64,000 bases of DNA from Candidatus Latescibacterota bacterium (GTDB taxonomy: Bacteria; Latescibacterota; UBA2968; UBA8231). The notes beneath the pieces are model-generated. The model was not told where the DNA came from. It worked only from the letters and a program-made list of their open reading frames with translations, and made no database searches. Positions 11,310 through 19,348 of this stretch are shown here, in pieces. The first letter of the stretch is position 1. Each line of letters starts with the position of its first letter. The DNA lies in assembly GCA_965248265.1 (NCBI GenBank), contig CBDFJF010000002.1, forward strand, positions 1,568,001 to 1,632,000, read 5' to 3'. The translations under genes were made by a program, and so were the position numbers.

Positions 11310-12056
11310 ATGATAGAGCTGGACGCCAACCTGTCTGAGGATGAATGGAGGGAGTTGCACAGCTCGTATGCTGAGCTGAGAAGTCAAGTCATCACCATCA
11401 AGCACCCTGGGTTTCCACACGGGTTGTGGTTCCTGCGCCTTCCTGAACAGATAGCGACTGACCAAGATCCGAAGACCGGTCCTTATCAGGTCGGCATGAC
11501 CTGGGTGAGAGTCGAAAAAGGTTGGAGATTCGCGCCCGGTCCCATAGACGGGTTGGACGGCACTGTAGAGGCGACTATATCATCCTCAGCGGCCGGCGCG
11601 ATTGACTTTGTTTTAGCTGTTCGCAATCAATCCCAAATGCCCTGGAGAAGGGCATTGGCCTGGCTGTGCTTCAATCATTCACATGCGATGGAGTACTACC
11701 GTTATCGCAATTTCGTCTGTTGTGATAGGGGAATCGTAATGACCCCGCCAAAGACCGAGGAACACTACTGTCTTCCCGGCCATGATCGCGAATGGTGGAG
11801 CAAGGGGAAGGTTTATCCAGAGGTCCCCTTTATCGGAACCAGTTGTACTATGGACGGCGGAGAACCCTTTTGCGTCGCCATCGCTGCAGAAGAAGCCATC
11901 ATGGTTGGGCAGAGCCCCGGATGGCCCTGTACGGACATTGCCCTGCTTTTCGGTGATGTCATGCCGGGGAACACCTCGGCGGTTCGTGGAAAGATATACT
12001 TCAGCAAAGGGACGCCCGAAGAAGCGTTGGAGCTCTACAGGCAAGACTTTGGATAA
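11310..12056 (+). CDS. Hypothetical beta-rich protein (paralog of 46759-47571)
   Basis: Open ORF filling the gap. C-terminus CTDIALLFGDVMPGNTSAVRGKIYF...ALELYRQDF resembles that of 46759-47571. Start uncertain. Confidence 0.7.
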   Translation: MIELDANLSEDEWRELHSSYAELRSQVITIKHPGFPHGLWFLRLPEQIATDQDPKTGPYQVGMTWVRVEKGWRFAPGPIDGLDGTVEATISSSAAGAIDFVLAVRNQSQMPWRRALAWLCFNHSHAMEYYRYRNFVCCDRGIVMTPPKTEEHYCLPGHDREWWSKGKVYPEVPFIGTSCTMDGGEPFCVAIAAEEAIMVGQSPGWPCTDIALLFGDVMPGNTSAVRGKIYFSKGTPEEALELYRQDFG

Positions 12057-12090
12057 TCATTCGGAGGAAGCAGTTTGAGATGAACGCCGT

Positions 12091-12543
12091 ATGAAGATTC
12101 TCGTGGATGCCGATGCCTGCCCGCGTGCAGCGAAAGAGATCCTCTTCCGTGCCGCCGAACGAACCAAGGTCCCGATGACACTGATCGCCAACCAGTACAT
12201 CCGCGTACCCAAGTCCGCATATATCGACAGTATCGCCGTTGCCGCTGGCACGGATGAAGCCGATGATCGTATCGTCGAACTTGCCGAAGCTGACGACCTG
12301 GTGATCACGGCCGACATTCCGCTGGCCGATCGTGTTGTCAGCAAAGGGGCCACGGCTCTCGATCCCCGGGGTAAGCTACTCACCCAAGCCAACATCAAGG
12401 AGCGCCTCGCCACCCGCGACCTGCTCGAGGAGTTGCGCAATGCCGCTCTCGTCGACGGGGGCCCCGCCTCCTATGGACAGCGAGACAGCCAGGCCTTTGC
12501 CAATGAGCTGAACAAGATCCTGCAGTCACGCCCCTCAACCTGA
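12091..12543 (+). CDS. yaiI: YaiI/YqxD (UPF0178) family protein
   Basis: MKILVDADACP, ADDRIVE, DLVITADIPLA, ALDPRG, FANELNK. Confidence 0.92.
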   Translation: MKILVDADACPRAAKEILFRAAERTKVPMTLIANQYIRVPKSAYIDSIAVAAGTDEADDRIVELAEADDLVITADIPLADRVVSKGATALDPRGKLLTQANIKERLATRDLLEELRNAALVDGGPASYGQRDSQAFANELNKILQSRPST

Positions 12544-12594
12544 CATGCTACCACGGTTATTCTGGCACCAGCGCTCACTCCAAGCCGAATGGTG

Positions 12595-13374
12595 TCAGCC
12601 GAAAATGACCGGGTTCAAGTCGTAATCATCCAGGTTCGAAATGACTGCGGTCTCCTGATCCTTCCTGGGCCAGGAGTTTTCCGTTCTCATATGGATCGCG
12701 AAACTGCGACGCGGTCGACCGGAGGTATTGGGGTGACTGCCGTGGAAGGTCAGCTTGTGATGAAAGGCAACCTGCCCGGCTTTCAGAAGCACCGGCACCG
12801 CTTCGCACTGGCTGCCCTCCGGCGCATTGATCGCATCCTGAAAGGAATCATGCGTGGTGTCAAAGAAATTCCCCTGATCGAGAAAACCCCATTTGTGTGA
12901 GCCCCGTACATAGAGCATCGGTCCGCAATCATCACTGACATCGGTCAGGGCTACCCATGCCGTGAAGAGCTCACTCTCCTCTTCCCAGAATCCCCAGTGG
13001 TCGCGGTCCTGATGCCATCCCACTTTGGTTTCGTGTGCACCCAGGCCGGGCTTGATCAGCAGCTGCACGGCCCAGACCTGCACCCATCGTGCACCCGTAA
13101 TCGCAGCGGCCCATTCTCCGAGAGCTGGATTCGAAACAAATTGTCGTATGGTGAGATCGGCGCGGTGGGAAGAGTCGATCTTGATCATCTTGCCCGGCGG
13201 TCCGACCGAAGGGTCGAAGGGACTCCGAGGGGCGATGCCGGTTTCGTACTGCCCGGATGCTACCAGATCCTGATGTGATATGGCCTTGGCAACAGACTCT
13301 TCATCAAAAAGAACGGGAGAAAAACAAAACCCCTGTTCCTCGAATTGCAATTTCGCTTGTTCGTACTTTGTCAT
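12595..13374 (-). CDS. Phytanoyl-CoA dioxygenase family Fe(II)/2OG enzyme
   Basis: VGWHQD, FTAWVAL, GPMLYVRGSHKW, FHHKLTFHGSHPNTSGRPRRS. Confidence 0.92.
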   Translation of the reverse strand: MTKYEQAKLQFEEQGFCFSPVLFDEESVAKAISHQDLVASGQYETGIAPRSPFDPSVGPPGKMIKIDSSHRADLTIRQFVSNPALGEWAAAITGARWVQVWAVQLLIKPGLGAHETKVGWHQDRDHWGFWEEESELFTAWVALTDVSDDCGPMLYVRGSHKWGFLDQGNFFDTTHDSFQDAINAPEGSQCEAVPVLLKAGQVAFHHKLTFHGSHPNTSGRPRRSFAIHMRTENSWPRKDQETAVISNLDDYDLNPVIFG

Positions 13375-13415
13375 TTTCCTATGGCACGCCTATCGTGGTA
13401 TGATGCGTGCGTCCG

Positions 13416-14810
13416 TTACTCGAACCACAGCGAGAAGATCTCCGCGTCGCGCAGACTCAGCCGCACACTCCAACCCCCATCGTACGGTTTTTCTGAAGCG
13501 GAGTTCTGCCACTGGATGACGTGGTCGAGCGAGTCGCCGTCGAACGGCTGGCAGGTGTCGGCCTCAAACCCGGGTACTGCCTTCCCGTTTTCGTCCAGTA
13601 GTTCGGCTGTGATCTGGCCCCGTGACGCGTCGGCGTTGAGGTGCAGTTCACGACCCGCCGGTACAGGCACCGTGATCAGTTCGCCACCCCCGTCGACAGC
13701 TCGAAGCCCCACCAACCTGTCCCTCTGCCATCGCGCCAGGCCGATGGCCCGCTTCATGTCCCCTTTTCTGTGCGTGCCATGGGGCCGGTCCATGGCGAAG
13801 TAGTAGAGCCGCAGCTCGTCGCCGTTCTCGACAAACGACTTGGCCGAACGGATGAAGCCGCCGTCCCATTCACCGCGCCTGCCCATCTCCAGGATGCGCT
13901 TGCGGTCTCCGACCCGCTCCCATTTGCGGCCGTCGCGGCTACTGATGAGCTGAACGTCCATGACGCCTTGCGTGTTGAGGCCGATGTTGCCCGTCATGGT
14001 GTCGGTCGAGCGCAGGATGTCCATGAAGCCCAGCAGCAACGGTCCGTAGCGGAATATTGGGATGCCGTAGATCTGCGAGGCTTTGTCCGGATCACCGCCC
14101 GCCCACTCATCGTCGATCTGGTCGGGGATCACGGCAGGCAGAGGCAGCGTCCAGTCCAGCGCGTCCTCACTCACCGTCCAGTTCTGGATACGGCGTCTCC
14201 TTCCCCGGATCTGCAGGTGACACTTGACCATCCCACGAAAGAGGTTTTCGCGTTCATCGTACATGTAGAATCCGACATCGTGAAAGCGTGGAATCACCGG
14301 TTCCGACGACCAATCCGTCCACCTCAGTCCGTCCTCGGAAAAACGGACGTAATGACTGAGCCCACTGAGCGCGAGCAGGGTGTAGCGCCGGCCCGGTCCC
14401 AGCTGCGGCGTGTGCAAGACGTTCGAGTACTGATGGGGGCGGCTCTGCGGGTTGAGGAAGATATTGCTTTCCATCGATCCTTCGGGGTCGGCGAACTGAC
14501 CCAGTGCAGGCCGGCGCCACTCGATGCCGTCGTCGCTCTCGGCGTACATCGACCAATTGACCGCCTTCGTTTCGCCTCGGCCCCCGATGCCCGATCCGTA
14601 CCACATTCGGTAGAGACCCTCTTCCTTGAGGACTGTCCCGAGCATGGGCTGGCCACACTCCCACGGCCGGTCGCCACGCAGAACAGGATTGCCCTCGTAC
14701 TTATCGCCCGGATGGATACGGCGCTGAAGGCCATCCATCGACTGGATCTGCGCGTCGTCGATAAACAAGACCCGGTCCTCGGAGCTGGGAGAACTCGTAA
14801 CGGGCGTCAT
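13416..14810 (-). CDS. Five-bladed beta-propeller glycoside hydrolase-like protein (GH32/43/130-like) with C-terminal beta-sandwich
   Basis: LFIDD, NPVL..DRPWE, YRMWY, YAESDDGIEW, SEDGLRW, SSRDGRKW, WDGG, LHLNADAS...GQITAEL. The start overlaps the upstream stop (ATGA). Confidence 0.75.
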   Translation of the reverse strand: MTPVTSSPSSEDRVLFIDDAQIQSMDGLQRRIHPGDKYEGNPVLRGDRPWECGQPMLGTVLKEEGLYRMWYGSGIGGRGETKAVNWSMYAESDDGIEWRRPALGQFADPEGSMESNIFLNPQSRPHQYSNVLHTPQLGPGRRYTLLALSGLSHYVRFSEDGLRWTDWSSEPVIPRFHDVGFYMYDERENLFRGMVKCHLQIRGRRRRIQNWTVSEDALDWTLPLPAVIPDQIDDEWAGGDPDKASQIYGIPIFRYGPLLLGFMDILRSTDTMTGNIGLNTQGVMDVQLISSRDGRKWERVGDRKRILEMGRRGEWDGGFIRSAKSFVENGDELRLYYFAMDRPHGTHRKGDMKRAIGLARWQRDRLVGLRAVDGGGELITVPVPAGRELHLNADASRGQITAELLDENGKAVPGFEADTCQPFDGDSLDHVIQWQNSASEKPYDGGWSVRLSLRDAEIFSLWFE

Positions 14811-16216
14811 GGCTCCCACCACAGTGAAAAGAGTTCGGCATTTCGCAGCTCCAGATGGATGCGCACTGTGCGACCGGCCAACGAAGAGAGGTCGCCGTTT
14901 TTCCATTCGAGTAGATGGTCGAGAGCGTCGCCGTTCATGGGCTCACATTCCGCGACCGAGAAACCATCGATTGGTGTTCCGTCCTCCTCCGCTAGCGAAG
15001 CGCGTAAACTCCCGCTGGAAGCGTCGGCATTCACGCGCAGGCGGCCGGCGGCCACGGTCGCCGTGGTCTCGACGACGCCGTCCTCTCCGGTCGCCAGTCC
15101 GACGAGCCGATCTCGCGGCCAGGACGCCATACCGATGCTCTTCGTCCACTGGCTCCGCAGAAGCGCACCCGGAGTCTTCCGGCACCCGGTGTAGTAGGCG
15201 ACAACCCTGTTTCCGTCCTCAATCAGCGAGTTGCCCATCCACACGTATCCACTATCCCAAAACGAGTCGGTAGACTCGTCAGAGTCGTCAGACTCGTCGG
15301 AGTCGTCCGACGCCCCGCCGCGCTCCAGGATCGGGCGTCGGTCTCCCACGCGATGCCAGATCTTGCCGTCCCTGCTGGACACCAGCTGGACATCCATCTC
15401 GCCGTCGAGTCCGCCGCCAATCACCCGGCCTCGCAGCACCTGGAGGAAGCCCAACAGCATCGGACCATAGCGCGTGATCGGCATCGCCGGGAAGAAGGTA
15501 CTGTTACTGCGGTCGCCGCCGGCCCATTCGGTGTCCGCTTCGTCGCGATTGATGACAGGGCGGGGGAGGGACCACTCCAACCCATCCGTGCTCTGCGTCG
15601 CGTACAGCTGTGCTTCCCAGCGTGCATAGGAAATCAATCCCCGAAATTTCTCGTCGACCTCGTCGTACATGAACCACCCGATCTCGAAACCGGGGATGAC
15701 AGGCGTCTCCGGCCCGTCGCTCCAACGTACCCCGTCGTCGGAGTAAGCGGCAAAATGACCGTTGTAGGGCAGATCGTAGCCGCTGCCATAGGAGAGCATG
15801 GTGTAAGCGTGGCCTGCCGGCGCGTGGGGTCTGCAAAGGACGGACGGGTGGATGTCCCGGTCGAATTTCGTCCTGACCAAGGTGATGTTGTTGGCGTAGG
15901 AACCCATCGCATCTTCGGTCACGCCGAGCTCGGGCTTCGACCACGCTAGACCGTCATTGCTCTCCGCGTACAGGTGGAGTGAACGGATGAAGGAGTCGAT
16001 CCCGATAGGATCTGGAGCCATCGCGTAAGATTGGTACCACATCCGGTACCGACCGCCCTCTTTGCGAACGGTCCCCAGCGTCGTCTCCGCTCCCTCCCAT
16101 TCGCGGTCTGATGAGACGACCGGGTTTCCGTGCTTGCGGGCGGGGTGGATCCGGCGTTCCACGCCCTGCATCGAGGTGATCTGGGCGTCGTCGATGAAGA
16201 GGATCCTGTCCGTCAT
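14807..16216 (-). CDS. Five-bladed beta-propeller glycoside hydrolase-like protein (tandem paralog of 13416-14810)
   Basis: Same motif series: LFIDD, NPVV..DREWE, YRMWY, YAESNDGLAW, SSRDGKIW, LRVNADAS. ATGA overlaps at both ends. Confidence 0.75.
   Translation of the reverse strand: MTDRILFIDDAQITSMQGVERRIHPARKHGNPVVSSDREWEGAETTLGTVRKEGGRYRMWYQSYAMAPDPIGIDSFIRSLHLYAESNDGLAWSKPELGVTEDAMGSYANNITLVRTKFDRDIHPSVLCRPHAPAGHAYTMLSYGSGYDLPYNGHFAAYSDDGVRWSDGPETPVIPGFEIGWFMYDEVDEKFRGLISYARWEAQLYATQSTDGLEWSLPRPVINRDEADTEWAGGDRSNSTFFPAMPITRYGPMLLGFLQVLRGRVIGGGLDGEMDVQLVSSRDGKIWHRVGDRRPILERGGASDDSDESDDSDESTDSFWDSGYVWMGNSLIEDGNRVVAYYTGCRKTPGALLRSQWTKSIGMASWPRDRLVGLATGEDGVVETTATVAAGRLRVNADASSGSLRASLAEEDGTPIDGFSVAECEPMNGDALDHLLEWKNGDLSSLAGRTVRIHLELRNAELFSLWWEP
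15264..15310. repeat. Degenerate 9-bp tandem repeat encoding SDDSDESDDSDESTDS
   Basis: gactcgtca/gagtcgtca/gactcgtcg/gagtcgtcc units read directly from the sequence. Confidence 0.85.
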
Positions 16217-17199
16217 GGCGATTGTAGCGCCGCCTGCTTGGTAACGGCTTCGATCATCGCCTGTATGTAACCATTGGCGAATGCTCGTCCGCGATGGTCC
16301 CAGGGTGTGTCGCCGTGTGTGTGGGGTACGTGATCGTCGATGAAAAAGCCGTGGTAGCCGGCCTCGTAATAGGTCTTCATCGCCCGGTACATATCAACGT
16401 GGCCGGTGTTGATGAACTCCTCGTGAAAGCGCTCCGGGTTTGGGCCGGACACGTTCCTCCAGTGCACGTAGAGCACCCGGTCGCGCTCGACCATCTCCTT
16501 GATGAACCCGTAGATGTTGTCGCCGGTCGAGTCGGCCATCTCGGCGAAGGTACCCTGGCAGAATTCGATGGCGTTACACGGGGAGTCGACGATGTCGAGG
16601 CAGCGACGGTAATCGTCGTAGGAGCTGAACAGCTGCGGGATGCCGGCGAGGGACTCGACGGGAGGATCACACGGGTGGATGCCGAGCCGGATTCCTTCCT
16701 CCTCAGCCACGGGAGTGATGGTCCTTATCCAGAGCTCGAGGCTCTCCCACATCTCCGCTCTGGTGTAGACGCGTCCATGAGTCAACGGCAACTCCCGCAC
16801 GGCCTCATAGTCAAATGCCGTGGCCATCGCTCCGCCGCGGACGGCGACCTGAGGTGTTCGCCACACGAAGGATGGCATCCAGTGGTAGCCGAATATGGGG
16901 ATACCGGCACGGGCCATGTTGCGCACGTTCGTGATCATCCTGTCGATCTGTTCATCGCGCCTGGGGCCGTTGAGGATGATGTGGTCATAAAACGAGATCG
17001 GCACGTTTTCTATCGCAGTGAGCTTCATGCCGTACTCTTCGACGGTAACACGCAGTTTGATCAGATCATGCAGCGCCCACGTCCCATCGTACTCAGGCAG
17101 ATGTTGAGTGCTGGGGATGATGTCGGTGGCGCCGAACTGCTGGGCGTACCGCAGGGATTCGGCTGTAGGAGCGATGTTGCTTCCGAATCCTACTCTCAT
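16213..17199 (-). CDS. Mannonate dehydratase (UxuA)-like protein
   Basis: VRNMARAGIPIFGYHWMP, GIRLGIHPCDPP, EFCQGT, YVHWRNV, FHEEFINTGHVDM, DDHVP. Confidence 0.88.
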   Translation of the reverse strand: MRVGFGSNIAPTAESLRYAQQFGATDIIPSTQHLPEYDGTWALHDLIKLRVTVEEYGMKLTAIENVPISFYDHIILNGPRRDEQIDRMITNVRNMARAGIPIFGYHWMPSFVWRTPQVAVRGGAMATAFDYEAVRELPLTHGRVYTRAEMWESLELWIRTITPVAEEEGIRLGIHPCDPPVESLAGIPQLFSSYDDYRRCLDIVDSPCNAIEFCQGTFAEMADSTGDNIYGFIKEMVERDRVLYVHWRNVSGPNPERFHEEFINTGHVDMYRAMKTYYEAGYHGFFIDDHVPHTHGDTPWDHRGRAFANGYIQAMIEAVTKQAALQSP

Positions 17200-17200
17200 T

Positions 17201-18301
17201 TCAGCTTTTTTCTACCAAACGGCAGCAGCGCACGTAGGTGACTTGCTCTTCGGTGACGTAGAAGGCGACGATGATGGTTCCGTCTGATAGCTGCGTGATC
17301 GATGGGGTCCCGAACGTGAAGTGATGGTACGAGTCGAAAGCGTCCTCGACGAGGTCACGCTTCCTCGACAGCACGGGTGCGCTCCTGACGCGGGCGGGCT
17401 CGATGCCCCACAGCTCGAGATGATGCTCCTCATCGAAACTCGCACCGCCGTCATCAGATAGCACCGCGCGCACGCCCATCGGTTCGCGGCGGTGGTTGGT
17501 CACGGCGATCACGCGGCCACTCTGCAGACACAGCACGTCGGTTACCTGGCCCCAGAATCTGGCGTTCTGCGGATCGCTCCAGGTTTCACCGGCGTCTCTC
17601 GAAAACGCGGTGTGGACGTTCAGCCCCGAGTCACTTTTCATGTCATGGGTCCAGAATGCAGCCAGCAGACTGTCGTCGGCAAGCTGCGTCAGGCGAAGGT
17701 CGAAATAATACCTGTTGTCAACCGGCCCCTGAACCCGCCGCCACGGTTCCCACGAGCGAGCGCCGTCGTGGGATCGAGTGATGGTGGCCGCCCAATCCGG
17801 TGGCTCGTCGTCGGTTCGATCCTCACCCCACTCACCGGCGGCTATGATGGTGCCATCTGCCATCGTCAACAGGTTGCCACCAGGTCCCATGCGATCGAAT
17901 GGGGCACTGTCTATGGGAGCGAGCGCCGACCAGGTATCTCCGCGGTCCTGAGAGGTGGCGACAAGCTGTCCATCCCCTGTACCGCTGCGGGGGTAGCGCA
18001 CGCAGGCGACGGTCTGTCCGTCTGCAGTTACGCCGAAGCCGCCGGGAAGCCGCCAGCCTTCAACTGCATCTGGGGGTTCGGGCAGTTGGCCGGCGCGATC
18101 CCAGGTCACTCCTCCATCTGTTGAACGGTGGATGACGACAACGCCGTCGTCGCTCTCTCGGGCGGTAGCATGCCGGCACATGCACAGCAGCGTGTCGTCA
18201 GGCAACGCCTGAATCGACGGGAAGGCGACGTACTCGTTTTTCAGGTTGGGATGGGGATTGCGATAGATCTCGCAGTGCCCGGATACCTCGAGATGGGCCA
18301 T
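17201..18301 (-). CDS. Sialidase/BNR (Asp-box) repeat protein
   Basis: AFPSI and Asp-boxes STDGGVTW, SQDRGDTW, SHDGARSW, SRDAGETW, SDDGGASF. Confidence 0.85.
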   Translation of the reverse strand: MAHLEVSGHCEIYRNPHPNLKNEYVAFPSIQALPDDTLLCMCRHATARESDDGVVVIHRSTDGGVTWDRAGQLPEPPDAVEGWRLPGGFGVTADGQTVACVRYPRSGTGDGQLVATSQDRGDTWSALAPIDSAPFDRMGPGGNLLTMADGTIIAAGEWGEDRTDDEPPDWAATITRSHDGARSWEPWRRVQGPVDNRYYFDLRLTQLADDSLLAAFWTHDMKSDSGLNVHTAFSRDAGETWSDPQNARFWGQVTDVLCLQSGRVIAVTNHRREPMGVRAVLSDDGGASFDEEHHLELWGIEPARVRSAPVLSRKRDLVEDAFDSYHHFTFGTPSITQLSDGTIIVAFYVTEEQVTYVRCCRLVEKS

Positions 18302-18530
18302 GGTCTCACATGCCGTCGTTGGGGGTCAGCGAATTTCCAGCGAACGTAGCAATACTCATCCCTGTTTGCCATGATGTCAGGGTGCAGGACCCTGTCCGGC
18401 AGGGGGAAAGAAGGCAGGGTGAATTCTTCACAATGGGGGACTGGGTTTTCGTATATATTCCATACTATAGTGTTACGAAGTGTTTACTCGAACTTGTAGC
18501 TCGTAATTCCTCCGCCTCGGAAGCGGTGCC

Positions 18531-19232
18531 ATGAAACCTGCGACGAAAGCCGCTCTATTCGGGCTCTGGGCCCTCGTGCTCTCAAGCGGTTGCGGTTACG
18601 GTGACGATGTGGCTTACAGCCCGTCGGCTCCTGCCTACGATGCGGAAAGGGATCTGGGCCGGCCAACCACCGCCACGATTCAAGACCGCACCGGCAAGAT
18701 CTGGGACGTGGCTCACGCGCAGGAATACGGCATGGTGTCATCCGGCTTCGAATTCGGTCTGGGACCTTATGCCATCAAACCCATAATGAACCCGCAGATG
18801 CTCTCCGCGGGCGATTTTAACTACCCTTCGAACCACGACAATTTTCGCGTCATGGGGGTTAGGCTGAACGGTTTCATCCGCGCCTATCCCCTGGGCATCT
18901 TGACAGGGCACGAAGTTGCCAACGAGCAGTTCGGAGACGCGCACGTTGCCGTGGCCTACTGACCACTGGTCGATCTGGCTGCCGTGTACAGCCGAGAGAT
19001 TGACGGCGAAATTCTGACCCTGAGCGCCAGTGGATGGACCTATCGCAGAACCTTCGTGCTGTTCGACTACGAGACCGAAAGCATGTGGTACCACCTGCAA
19101 GGTGACGACGGATTGACCTGCATCAGCGGTTTCTACGCCGACCGCAAGCTGCCTGAACTCGAATCCAGCCTTACGCGCTGGAACCTTTGGAAAGCGGAAT
19201 TTCCGGATTCAGAGTTCCTCAAGTACCCCTAG
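18531..19232 (+). CDS. DUF3179-like lipoprotein, probable selenoprotein (in-frame TGA at 18960-18962)
   Basis: ORFs 18531-18962 and 18984-19232 are in the same frame. Read-through gives RAYPLGILTGHEVANEQFGDAHVAVAY-U-PLVDLAAVYSREIDGEILTLSASGWTY...LFDYETESMW...TRWNLWKAEFPDS, colinear with DUF3179 (YCPLC). Lipobox LSSGC. Confidence 0.85.
18963..19004 (+). promoter_or_regulatory. Candidate bacterial SECIS stem-loop
   Basis: GTCGATCT (18969-76) pairs with AGATTGAC (18997-19004, one G-U pair). GGCTG (18977-81) pairs with CAGCC (18989-93). The loop CCGTGTA starts 19 nt after the UGA. Confidence 0.7.
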
Positions 19233-19348
19233 GATTGCCGGCCCTTCTCGTTAGGAACCAGCCCCACTTTTGAACCCAAGTTCGCCAAGCATGCTATAAG
19301 GCGGTTAGACAAAGGCGTCGGAGGAGAGAGTCCATGAGGGTCGGTCTA

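Noticed and set aside
13382-13404. TGGCACG as a sigma54 -24 element
   Set aside because: The -12 position reads GT rather than GC, and it points antisense into an operon.
18448-18482. TTCGTATA...TACGAAGT inverted repeat resembling loxP/dif arms
   Set aside because: The spacing is wrong for loxP, there is no XerD-type arm, and no recombinase is nearby. More likely part of the divergent promoter or operator region.
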